Of a stretch of DNA of 37,147 nt, positions 11,480 to 21,400 are shown one piece after another (position 1 is the stretch's first letter; each line of letters opens with the position of its first letter). The stretch is from a bacterium. GTDB lineage: Bacteria; Patescibacteriota; Minisyncoccia; Phycocordibacterales; UBA9973. The DNA lies in the NCBI GenBank assembly GCA_037130655.1, contig JBAXSP010000006.1:1-37147 (forward strand). Reading direction: 5' to 3'. A program made the translations under genes and the position numbers. A model generated the notes under the pieces. It saw nothing but the letters and a program-made list of their open reading frames with translations, was not told where the DNA came from and did no database searches.

Positions 11480-12649
11480 ATGTTACGACGCATATATGTC
11501 ATCGCTTTTCTTTTTTGTTTTCACAGTGCACTAACTGCATATGTTAATTCGAGTATTGCCCAATCACTTGTCGGAGAAAAATTGACTGGCATTTTATATG
11601 CAACAGCCTCTTTGTGTACACTTGTTTGTCTGTCTTTTTTTCCACGAATCCTTCATCTTTTTGGAAACAGAAAAACATTTATTAGTTTATTGTCGCTGAC
11701 AGTGCTTTTATTGATAACACTATCGCAAATTCCCTCTCAAGCAGTTGGTGTTGTTGCTCTTATTGCATACATTGTCATTAATACTCTTGTGTTCTTCTCG
11801 CTGGATGTTTTTATTGAACACTGGAGTACTACCGTAGATGTTGGAAAAATTCGTGGACTCTATCTGATGATCAGTAATATCGGATGGATGTTTGCACCGT
11901 TGTTTTCTAGCAGATTAGCTGGTGCAGGTTTACCGCTTGTATACCTTGGTGCATCGAGTATTGTGTTTCTTGCGGTATTACTGAGTATTTTTTTGATAAA
12001 AAATTATGACGATAAAAACTACACAAGAAAAACACTCTTAGAGACACTTCGAACCGTCATCAAAAGAACTACCTTGTGGCCAATTATTGCACTAAACTTT
12101 CTCCTGCAGTTTTTCTTTTCATGGATGGTTATCTATACACCGCTCTATCTTCGAGAAGTATTACATTTGTCATGGGAACAACTTGGTATTATTTTTTCAA
12201 TCATGCTCTCAGCGTTTGTATTGGTACAATACCCCATCGGTAGATTCATAGACAAAGGAGCCTCACTTCGTCTTATATTGACCGGTGGTTTCGTGGTAAT
12301 ACTTGGAGCAACAGCAACACTACCGTTTGTAACACAAGATAATCTAGTCTTTTTGGCAATAGTATTATTTCTCACTCGAGTAGGAGCAGCGACAATAGAA
12401 GTATGTACTGACACGTATTTCTTCCGACAAATAACAGACAGCGATACTCATATCCTCTCATTGTATCGAGATATGTCTCCTTTTGCCTATGTCATTGGAC
12501 CAATAACCGCGACAACACTCCTCTATTTTAAACTTCCATTGGTTAGTTTATTTTTTATTTTAAGCAGTATTTTAGCGCTGAGTTTTATTTTTATCCCACT
12601 ACTTACAAGCTCTAAAGTAGCGAAAACAGAAACTTTACAGATATCATAA
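11480..12649 (+). CDS. MFS transporter
   Basis: About 12 hydrophobic segments and a PIGRFIDKG loop motif. Start moved to ATG 11480 because the TTG at 11417 lies inside the terminator. Confidence 0.85.
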   Translation: MLRRIYVIAFLFCFHSALTAYVNSSIAQSLVGEKLTGILYATASLCTLVCLSFFPRILHLFGNRKTFISLLSLTVLLLITLSQIPSQAVGVVALIAYIVINTLVFFSLDVFIEHWSTTVDVGKIRGLYLMISNIGWMFAPLFSSRLAGAGLPLVYLGASSIVFLAVLLSIFLIKNYDDKNYTRKTLLETLRTVIKRTTLWPIIALNFLLQFFFSWMVIYTPLYLREVLHLSWEQLGIIFSIMLSAFVLVQYPIGRFIDKGASLRLILTGGFVVILGATATLPFVTQDNLVFLAIVLFLTRVGAATIEVCTDTYFFRQITDSDTHILSLYRDMSPFAYVIGPITATTLLYFKLPLVSLFFILSSILALSFIFIPLLTSSKVAKTETLQIS

Positions 12650-12706
12650 ATTAATGTATAGTTTAATTATCGCAGAAACAAGACACTTTGTTTCTCTTTA
12701 TTCTCA

Positions 12707-13429
12707 ATGAAAAAACTTTTACCAAAAACAAATGCCCCTGTTCGTATCAATCGCCGAATGAGTGAACTTGGTATCGCAACAAGAAATACAGCTGATGAAC
12801 TTATTGAAAAAGGTAAGGTTTTTGTAAATGGAAAAGTAGCACAACTTGGCATGAAGGTTCGCCCGACAGACACCATCAGTATCGACGGGTCTTATAAAAA
12901 AGATTTTAATTATTTTGCCTACAACAAACCAGCGGGTGTGGTGACCGTCGGAGCATCGGCACATGAAAAAGCGGTCAAAGATGTAGCTGATTTCGACACT
13001 GAAGTCTTCCCTGTCGGACGTCTCGACAAAGATTCATCTGGTCTTTTGATTATGACTAATGATGGACGAGTTACCGACAAACTTCTCAACCCAACCAAAG
13101 TTCACGAAAAAGAATACCGTGTAATGGTTGATAAAAAAATCACTCACCAATTCCTAGCAAAAATGCGCGAAGGTGTTCGTATTTCACCAAAAGAAAAAAC
13201 AAAGCCAACCAAAATTCGACGTGTCGAGGAAAATGTTTTTGATATTGTTCTAACTGAAGGTAAAAATCGTCAGATTAGAAAGATGTGTGGATCACTCGGA
13301 TACAAAGTACACAAACTAGAACGTTTTAGAATTGAAAACATCGAACTTGGAAACATTCGACCAAATGAACACGAAGAAATTTCAGGTAAGACACTTGAAG
13401 AATTTTTGACTCGTTTGGGCATCAAATAA
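12707..13429 (+). CDS. RsuA/RluB/RluF-family rRNA pseudouridine synthase with S4 domain
   Basis: S4 N-terminus, YNKPAG, PVGRLDKDSSGLL, EGKNRQIRKM. Confidence 0.93.
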   Translation: MKKLLPKTNAPVRINRRMSELGIATRNTADELIEKGKVFVNGKVAQLGMKVRPTDTISIDGSYKKDFNYFAYNKPAGVVTVGASAHEKAVKDVADFDTEVFPVGRLDKDSSGLLIMTNDGRVTDKLLNPTKVHEKEYRVMVDKKITHQFLAKMREGVRISPKEKTKPTKIRRVEENVFDIVLTEGKNRQIRKMCGSLGYKVHKLERFRIENIELGNIRPNEHEEISGKTLEEFLTRLGIK

Positions 13430-13499
13430 AAAACTTGTCTATGTTGACCAGTGGCTGTATTCTGACGTATTCTTATTGAGGAAAACAAGCTATACAAAA

Positions 13500-13970
13500 A
13501 TGAAGATATTTATTTTTACCGAAGATTTTACATTGAAACCTGGATACATTCACTGCACCCCAGTAGATTGGAACCAAAAACAATTAAAACTTTTTTTTAA
13601 AAAACCGTACACAAAAAAGGATGTTGTAATACACAAAAAGAATGCGAGAGTGAGTCGTAAAAAAGATATTATCATCCTTGATAGCCCTCATCATGATTTT
13701 ACTGCCAAAGCGTTACGTTTTGCAGAAGAAACAGAAATCCCACTATTGATTATAAAACACAACAATGATGCACATTTCCCAAAAGTACAGGAGTATCCAA
13801 TCATTTTCAAAAAAGAATCTGATCTAGACGAAGAAAGTATCTTTGATTTAATTCATTCAGTAAAAGACAAATTACCCCGAGGAACCGATAGGTATTTCAC
13901 AAAATTTTTTTCTGTAGAAGAGTTGGAAAAATACCGACCCAAAAAAACCACTCAACAGCTCTTTCAATAG
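13500..13970 (+). CDS. Hypothetical protein (start 13500 ATG or 13476 TTG)
   Basis: Long ORF filling the gap, followed by a terminator-like hairpin at 13954-13983; no motif recognised. Confidence 0.6.
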   Translation: MKIFIFTEDFTLKPGYIHCTPVDWNQKQLKLFFKKPYTKKDVVIHKKNARVSRKKDIIILDSPHHDFTAKALRFAEETEIPLLIIKHNNDAHFPKVQEYPIIFKKESDLDEESIFDLIHSVKDKLPRGTDRYFTKFFSVEELEKYRPKKTTQQLFQ

Positions 13971-13998
13971 AGCTGTTTTTTTTATATAATCTAGGAAT

Positions 13999-14745
13999 AT
14001 GAACGAAACTGAACAACTTAAAGCTGAGGTACAAAAACTGACCGAATTGAACGGATTAAAAAGCGACCTGATTTCAATCTCAGCTCACCAGCTACGCACG
14101 TCCCTTTCAGCGCTCAAATGGATACTCAAAATGTTTATCGACAAAGATTTTGGACCACTCACCCCTGAACAAGAAGACTTAATCAAAAAAGCATTTTCAA
14201 GTAACGAACGAATGATTGCTTTTGTGAATGAAATGCTCACGATCAACCACACTGAAGATGGCGCACTCAAATACAAATACGAAGAAGTCGATCTAATGGG
14301 ATTAATCGATGAGCTTATTTTTGATTTCTCTGGAGAAACCTATAAAAAACATATTGAGATTATTTTCCTAAAAAATAATCCTGTTAAACACATTATTGCT
14401 GATAAAGAAAAGATTCGTGTGGTATTCCAAAACTTGATTGAAAATGCAATCAAATACAGTAATGAAAATGACAAGATTTTTATTTCAGTTCACGAGCAAG
14501 AAACTGGTATTGAAGTCTCTGTCAAAGATACTGGTATTGGAATTCCTACTGAAGTACAATCGTCTATTTTCCAAAAATTCTTCCGAGCAGATAACGCAAA
14601 GACCGTTGATTCTATTGGAAGTGGTTTAGGGCTCTATACAACCAAAAACATTGTTGAATATCACGGCGGAACAATTCGTTTTGAATCGAGCGATGCTGGT
14701 ACAACTTTCTTTGTCATCCTACCCTACGTTCCACAATCTAATTAA
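13999..14745 (+). CDS. Soluble histidine kinase (HisKA + HATPase_c, no sensor domain)
   Basis: SAHQLRTSL H-box, NLIENAIKYS, DTGIGI, GSGLGLY. Confidence 0.93.
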   Translation: MNETEQLKAEVQKLTELNGLKSDLISISAHQLRTSLSALKWILKMFIDKDFGPLTPEQEDLIKKAFSSNERMIAFVNEMLTINHTEDGALKYKYEEVDLMGLIDELIFDFSGETYKKHIEIIFLKNNPVKHIIADKEKIRVVFQNLIENAIKYSNENDKIFISVHEQETGIEVSVKDTGIGIPTEVQSSIFQKFFRADNAKTVDSIGSGLGLYTTKNIVEYHGGTIRFESSDAGTTFFVILPYVPQSN

Positions 14746-14768
14746 AAGATATAACGACTACTCTTCTG

Positions 14769-14881
14769 TTTCGCGACACAAGCTTTCCTTACAGGAACTG
14801 TACACCTTTTGGATATTTTATTTCGCTTCGCTTATAAAATATCTCAAAAGGTCTTGCGCTTGTGTTCCCACACAAGCTCAC
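14769..14881 (-). repeat. Dispersed structured repeat module, copy B
   Basis: Reverse complement aligns to 18240-18350 (CGCAAGACCTTTT...AAAAGGTGTAC...CTGTAAG...GTCGCGAAA). Confidence 0.85.
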
Positions 14882-14919
14882 CCTTGCAACCTACCAAATA
14901 GTAGACTACACTAGAGCAT

Positions 14920-15291
14920 ATGGCACAAAAAATACTGATAGTTGAAGATGATTCTTTTTTACAAGGCTTAGCTGCTGGCAAATTAACCAAGAGTGGTTTT
15001 GATGTTCACACCGCAGGAAACATTGCTGAGGCGGAAAAAAACCTAGAGGAAATAGTTCCTGATCTTATTATTTTGGATCTCGTACTTCCAGGCGGAACAG
15101 ATGGTTTCGGTATTTTGAAAAAACTTCGCGAAAACGCAAAAACAAAAGAAACACCGGTAATCATTTTCTCAAACTTAGCAGAAGAAGCGGATATGAACAA
15201 AGCCAAAGAATTAGGAGCAAATGAATTCATGGTTAAATCAAACTTTACACTTGATGAACTTGTCACAAAAATTCAAGAATTACTGAAATAA
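14920..15291 (+). CDS. Single-domain response regulator
   Basis: ILIVEDD, DLIILDLVLP, PVIIFSN, GANEFMVK; upstream TTGCAA-17-TACACT. Confidence 0.95.
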   Translation: MAQKILIVEDDSFLQGLAAGKLTKSGFDVHTAGNIAEAEKNLEEIVPDLIILDLVLPGGTDGFGILKKLRENAKTKETPVIIFSNLAEEADMNKAKELGANEFMVKSNFTLDELVTKIQELLK

Positions 15292-15300
15292 TAGACTCAA

Positions 15301-15324
15301 AAAAAAGCCCCTGTTGGGGCTTTT
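15301..15324. terminator. Bidirectional terminator
   Basis: AAAAGCCCC-TGTT-GGGGCTTTT between converging genes. Confidence 0.75.
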
Positions 15325-15748
15325 ACAATTGCTTGAACCAGAGAGAATATCCTGGTTCTTTTTTCCAAGAAACACCATCTTCTTTGACCTTAAATGAAAG
15401 CACAAAAAATCTTGTGTTAGGAAAATTGACCGAAAGTTTTTTCATCTTTTTCAAAAGTGAATCTTTTTCTCCATTTTCATACCAGAGTGTATCTTTGATT
15501 AGAACACCACTGTGATGAACCGCAAATCTTCCATCATACGGATACCCTTCTCTTCTGTGTCGAAAAGCAGAATCTTGATTAAGCAGAAAACTAATCCGTT
15601 CTTCTCGAGTGGTCGATATCGAAGAAATATCCCATACAAGTGTTGAATCGAAACGCAACGGCCCCTTAGTAGATAGACCATTTTTAGGAGAATCCTCGTT
15701 TGAGTAAGAGCACGAGCAGAGCATCAAAAACAATACAATACATCTCAT
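15323..15748 (-). CDS. Hypothetical lipoprotein-like protein
   Basis: MRCIVLFLMLCS|C lipobox-like N-terminus; ORF fills the gap between the regulator and recG. Confidence 0.55.
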   Translation of the reverse strand: MRCIVLFLMLCSCSYSNEDSPKNGLSTKGPLRFDSTLVWDISSISTTREERISFLLNQDSAFRHRREGYPYDGRFAVHHSGVLIKDTLWYENGEKDSLLKKMKKLSVNFPNTRFFVLSFKVKEDGVSWKKEPGYSLWFKQL

Positions 15749-15823
15749 TGGCAATAAGTCTTAATTCCGTCATATACTCTACTCCTTTTTAAGAAATAAG
15801 CAAATCTGCGTTATACTATATAT

Positions 15824-18025
15824 ATGCAATTAGCCACCCCGATTACGAGTATTAGCCGACTGACAGACGACCAAAAAAAGGCACTTGGAAGACTTGGTCT
15901 ACACACTGTAGAAGACCTGCTTTATCACTTCCCTGCTCGGTATACTGATATTACTGATATCAAACACGTCTCTAACACAGAAGACGGTGAACGTGTCACT
16001 TTACTCGGAAAAATTCACGGGCTCAAAACAAAAAAGACCTTCAAAACAAAAACGGCTATGGCCGAAGGAGTTTTTGAAGATATCAGTGGGACAATCAAAG
16101 TTGTTTGGTTCCATCAACCATACCTGGCAAAAATGATAAAAGACGATACTATTGTCAAAATTTCTGGCATCATAACTGTTCATGAGCAATATGGTAAAAG
16201 TATACAAAATCCTGAAATAGAAAAATTGGATACGTTACCTATCGATATATCAGATTCATTGTTTGCAAACACTGACACACAACTCTCTTCTTTCGGATAC
16301 CCTGTCTATTCTGAAACACGTGGCATTACGTCGAAATGGATGTATCACACCATCCAAAAATTATTCAATCAAAATATTTTGGATAGTATTGAAGAATACA
16401 TTCCAGAACATATTTTGAAAATGTATTCATTGCCTGATATCAAAAAAGCATTGGTTTGGATTCACTCACCACAAAAAAAGGAACACGCTGAAGCAGCACG
16501 AAAACGATTTGCGTTTGAAGAAATCTTTTTGATTCAACTCATTCGACTCCAAGACAAAGCTCGCTTTGCACAAGAAAAAACCTACACCATCGAAAATACA
16601 AAAGTGCTCATCAAAGAATTTACCGACAAACTTCCCTTCCCTTTAACTGACGGACAAAATAATGCAATCAAAACAATTGCAGAAGATTTGGAAAAAGAAC
16701 ACCCAATGGCCAGACTTGTCGAAGGAGATGTTGGTAGTGGTAAAACACTCGTCGCCGCAGCTGCAGCATATGCAGTCGTCCACAACCGTCCGACAAGCAA
16801 CAAGACCCAAAAGGTTCAAACTTTTGGCAACTTGCAAGTTGCCTATATGGCACCAACTGAAATCTTGGCAACACAGCAATTTGAAAGTTTTATTGAATAT
16901 ATCAGACCAACCGGATTATCAGTTGCACTGATTACCAGTTCTGGTTGTAAAAAATTCCCATCGAAAGTAGCAAGTAACACCAAAGGTTGGACCGAAATAT
17001 CAAAAACACAATTATCAAAATGGATTGCAAATGGCGAAATTCCGGTCATTATCGGCACGCATTCACTCATCCAAAAATCAGTCAAATTCAAACATTTGGC
17101 TTTGGCTATTGTTGACGAACAACACCGCTTCGGAACTAAACAACGCCAAGCACTCGCCCGCAAAGAATCTGACAACAAAATCCACGCACCACACTTCCTC
17201 TCAATGACAGCGACCCCAATTCCCCGCACCCTCGCACTCACCCTCTATGGCGACCTTGATTTATCAATCATCGATGCGATGCCACCAGGAAGAAAACCAG
17301 TGGAAACAAAAATCATCTCACCAAATGCAAGAGAGAAAATGTATGCAGAAGTACGAAGAGAACTTGAAGCTGGGCGACAAGTCTATATTATTTGTCCGCG
17401 TATCAATGAACCTGATCCTGAACTTGAAATCAAATTACAACTCAAATCAGTTGAGACAGAAGCAAAGCGTTTGAAAAAAGATATTTTTCCAAAATATGAA
17501 ATAGACGTACTTCATTCAAAAATGAAAAAGGAAGAAAAAGACGAAACAATGAAAGCGTTCGCAAGAAAAGAAATCGATATTCTTGTAGCAACATCTGTGG
17601 TTGAAGTCGGTGTCAATGTACCAAATGCAACCGTCATCATAATCGAAGGAGCAGAACGTTTTGGTCTGTCTCAGTTGCACCAACTTCGTGGACGCGTGAT
17701 TCGTGGAACTCACCAACCATATTGTTTCTTGGTGCCGGATACCAAGAGCGACAAAACAAAAGACCGGTTGAATGCATTGGTCAATGCAAAGAATGGTTTT
17801 GAATTGGCAGAACTTGATCTCTCGCTTCGAGGCGCTGGAGAACTTTCTGGGTTCAAACAATGGGGTGTATCAGATCTCGCAATGGATGCAATCAAGAATA
17901 TCAAACTCGTTGAAATCGCTCGAAATGAAGCAAAAAAGATTATTGAAAAAGATTTGGATCTAATCACCTTCCCTCTGCTTGCTCAAAAAGCTCAAGCAAA
18001 AAATGTATTGCTTCATTTTGAATAA
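15824..18025 (+). CDS. recG: ATP-dependent DNA helicase RecG
   Basis: GDVGSGKT, MAPTEILA, DEQHRFG, MTATPIPRTL, AERFGLSQLHQLRGRV. Confidence 0.97.
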   Translation: MQLATPITSISRLTDDQKKALGRLGLHTVEDLLYHFPARYTDITDIKHVSNTEDGERVTLLGKIHGLKTKKTFKTKTAMAEGVFEDISGTIKVVWFHQPYLAKMIKDDTIVKISGIITVHEQYGKSIQNPEIEKLDTLPIDISDSLFANTDTQLSSFGYPVYSETRGITSKWMYHTIQKLFNQNILDSIEEYIPEHILKMYSLPDIKKALVWIHSPQKKEHAEAARKRFAFEEIFLIQLIRLQDKARFAQEKTYTIENTKVLIKEFTDKLPFPLTDGQNNAIKTIAEDLEKEHPMARLVEGDVGSGKTLVAAAAAYAVVHNRPTSNKTQKVQTFGNLQVAYMAPTEILATQQFESFIEYIRPTGLSVALITSSGCKKFPSKVASNTKGWTEISKTQLSKWIANGEIPVIIGTHSLIQKSVKFKHLALAIVDEQHRFGTKQRQALARKESDNKIHAPHFLSMTATPIPRTLALTLYGDLDLSIIDAMPPGRKPVETKIISPNAREKMYAEVRRELEAGRQVYIICPRINEPDPELEIKLQLKSVETEAKRLKKDIFPKYEIDVLHSKMKKEEKDETMKAFARKEIDILVATSVVEVGVNVPNATVIIIEGAERFGLSQLHQLRGRVIRGTHQPYCFLVPDTKSDKTKDRLNALVNAKNGFELAELDLSLRGAGELSGFKQWGVSDLAMDAIKNIKLVEIARNEAKKIIEKDLDLITFPLLAQKAQAKNVLLHFE

Positions 18026-18081
18026 TTGCTCAAAATACCGAGATACGGTAATATAAACGAGTAATTGAATTTATTGATTTT

Positions 18082-18155
18082 CCGCCTTTAGCTCAGTTGG
18101 TTAGAGCACAGAGCTTATACCTCTGCGGTCCTTGGTTCGAATCCAAGAAGGCGGA
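18082..18155 (+). tRNA. tRNA-Ile(UAU), CCA not encoded
   Basis: CCGCCTT/AAGGCGG acceptor stem, GCTC/GAGC D-stem, CAGAG-CTTATAC-CTCTG anticodon arm (TAT), CTTGG-TTCGAAT-CCAAG T-arm, discriminator A. Confidence 0.93.
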
Positions 18156-18376
18156 CAAGGTAGAAAATAATGAACTGCTTCATTATTTTCGACACTTGTC
18201 CGAGACGGAGGCGTAATTTTTCACCAGAAAAATAGCCGAGTGAGTTTGTGTCAAAAACACAAACGCAAGACCTTTTCAGAATTTTTGTGAGTGACAACGA
18301 AACAAAAAATCGAAAAGGTGTACGGGTTCTGTAAGAACGGGGTCGCGAAATTTTTCTGGTGAAAAATATTCGTGAC
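18156..18376 (+). repeat. tRNA-3'-associated structured element containing module copy A (18240-18350)
   Basis: Shares AATGAACTGCTTCATT, CGGAG, CGGGGTCGCGAA and ATTCGTGAC in the same order with 25947-26153. Confidence 0.8.
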
Positions 18377-18389
18377 GACAAAATTGAAA

Positions 18390-18422
18390 TTAAAAAATAT
18401 CCGCACTGCGGATATTTTTTAA
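18390..18422. terminator. Bidirectional terminator
   Basis: TTAAAAAATATCCGC-ACT-GCGGATATTTTTTAA. Confidence 0.75.
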
Positions 18423-21400
18423 TCTGTTGTAGCAGAAACATCTGCAGGTGGTGTACCTGAATCAGCAGGAGGAGCAGGTTCTTCTGTTGGCGGTGTCCCA
18501 CTATCTCCACCAGTACTTTCTTCTGCAGGAGGAGTTACGTCACCAGTATTATTACTACTACCTCCTCCGCTACTTTGGTTTGGTTGAACATTTTGTTGTT
18601 GAAGCAATTGTTGTAATTGTGTTTTTGTAATACACACATCATCCAAACACAATTCTTTTGTATGAACTTTACCGAAGAATACTTCTTGTAATGTATTGTT
18701 TGCATTTTCTAAGAATTGCTTCATGAGTGAGCCAAGTGATTGTGGTGTGTCAGTAGAAAGATCTGTCAGTGGAACAATCTTTAGATCAAGTTCTTTGATG
18801 GCATTGATTGCAGTGACAATCAAAGTCATTTGACTGACTTGTTTATATCCAAGCGCACCAGTATTTACTGCTTCTGGAATAAATTGTTCGACATTTTGAG
18901 CAATAACTCCACTGTAGAGAATTCCCCCGTCATTCAAATATGAATCAGCTTTCCATGAATATGTTTGCGGAACAATTCCCATGATAGCATCGAGTCCGCG
19001 AGTATATTCACTATGAATATCCTTCAATTTTTCATCAGAAGAACAAGAAACAATACCAGTACCGTTGGTTGCAAGCCCCACACAACCAACAAGTCCTGAA
19101 AATGTAATGGTTCCTGATGATGTAACACCAGCCGCTGCAGCAATAACACCAGAAGAGTTTACTTGGAATTGAGAAGATGCACCAACACTAAACAATGATA
19201 CTGGCGCAGATGTTCCAACACCAACGTTTCCACCGATAAATTGTGCGGCGTAGTTATTTGTTGCACCTGTTTGCGTGTTGACGGTGAGACCGTATGAGTT
19301 TGTGGCAGTACTTACTGCACCAGCTGCAATCAAAAGCGCATGAGAATTAGTGAGTGTTGTATTACTTCCTTTGATCGCACCACCTGCGATATACATATTT
19401 GCACCGTTAGTAACAGTAATAGCATTTGTTGAAGCCAGTGTTGGCATACCAAAAGCATTGGCTACAGCATTTGTCACTGTACCAGCAGCACCAGTACTTG
19501 TATCTGTATATGTTGAAGCTGTTGTGTTGATGTTGATTCCAGTAGTCCCCCATGCAGATGCAGACAAGTTTGCTCCAACATGCAACCACCCAGTAGGTAT
19601 TGTTGATGATCCGATTACTGTTTGACCAGTCCCGCGAACAGAAAAAACAGAACTACTGTTATTTTGACCATCAAATAAATAGTGTGATGAAGTAGCTCCA
19701 CTTGTGTTGAAGTTTGCTGCAATAACTCTAGTACTACTTGCGGCTTGTGTAGTTTCAAAATACCCACCATAGGCAATTGACGCAGTTCCTCCACCAGTAT
19801 TTCCAACACTACTATACACACCGTACCCAACTCTGCCGTTCACTGTTGTTGCAACAAAATATCCTCCATAACTGTTAAATGAAGTATTAGCTAGTCCATA
19901 CACAGCAATGGCAGTTCCAGGAGAATTAGTACTTGCAATCGCAGTACTATGGATACCGTAGTTAGTACCAGATGATGTTACCACCTGGTTGTCCACCTTA
20001 AGTCCATACGTTGTTGCACCAGGACTACCGTCAGCCAACACAATGTTAGCTGCTCGTAATTTTGTTGATGATGCAGATGCAGTAACTGCAACGTCCAAAC
20101 TATATGCAGGTGTTGCTGTTCCAATACCAACGTTTCCTCCGATAAATTGCGCAGCGTAGTTATTCGTTGCACCTGTTTGTGCGTTGACAGTGAGACCGTA
20201 TGAGTTTGTGGCAGTACTTACTGCACTAGCTGAGATAAGTAAGGCATGAGTGTTTGTGATAGTTGCGTTTGTACTTTTGATTGGAGCACCAGTTATAGCT
20301 AAAGTTGCAGCATCGGTGATAGTTGAAGAACCGACAAAACTATATGTTGGTGCTTGAATCAAGAAAGCTCTTTGTGTTGTAAGTGCTCCCGTGTTGAACT
20401 GCACTGTTCGAGCTAGGTTGAAGTTTACATCAGTAGCTTCTGTTGAAGTTGCGAGTGCAAGATGAGCAGCACCAGTGAGGGTAAATGCTGTTGGGCTCGT
20501 TGATGTAGCTGCTACACCTTGTGTGAATGTTGTATTACCTGTGCCGTCAATTCTCATACGAACAGCAGGTGTCGCACCAGTAACAATACCGACAGAAGTA
20601 GTACTAAGTGAACGTGATTGCAATACAAGGTCTCCAAAAGAAGAACCGTTAACACCGTTCGAACCATAGATAATAGGACCGTTAGATGACGTATATATTC
20701 CAGAAGTTACTAATCCTGTCCACTTTGTTGTGTTTGGTGTTGTATAAAAAGTAATTGCCCCACTCATTCCAAAATCATATGGAGAGTTCGGTGAAGTACT
20801 TGTACCAAAAAACATAGAAGGAGTGTTTGCTCCGTTTAAAATAGTCAAAGCTCTTTGCGGAGTAGTTCCGGACATTGCACCCAAGATAAGTGAAGTTGAT
20901 CGACCCATGATCGCCCCACCTTCAGCAGTACCGCTTGAACGACTCCAATACCCAACCTTAACACCATCAGTGCCACTTGAACGATAAAAATCACCAACTG
21001 GATAGAATGTTTCAGCCCCTGACATTGTTGCTGCATCCAAAAATTGAGCGGCCAAGTTTGTTGTCGCACCCGTTGGTGCATTGACGGTAAGTCCGTACGC
21101 CGCGGTTGCAGTAGATACTGCGCCGGCTTGCACTAAGATTCCATGAGAACTAGTGATTGTCGCATTGGTGCCTTTGATTGGAGCACCAGTTACCGCAAAT
21201 GTTGCAGCATCAGTAATCGTCGAAGCACCGACAAATGAATAGGTTGGAGCTTGGATACGAAATGCACGTTGTGTGGTTAGTGCACCGGTATTGAATTGTA
21301 CGATGCGAGCTAGGTTGAAGTTAACATCACTTGCTTCAGTTGAAGTTGCGAGTGTTGTATGTGTTGCACCAGTGAGTGTAAATGCTACCGGACTACCCGA

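Noticed and set aside
14651-14914. 87-aa ORF between kinase and regulator
   Set aside because: Overlaps the kinase and reads through the repeat module.
18115-18510. 131-aa minus-strand ORF
   Set aside because: Overlaps the tRNA, repeat element and fibre gene end.
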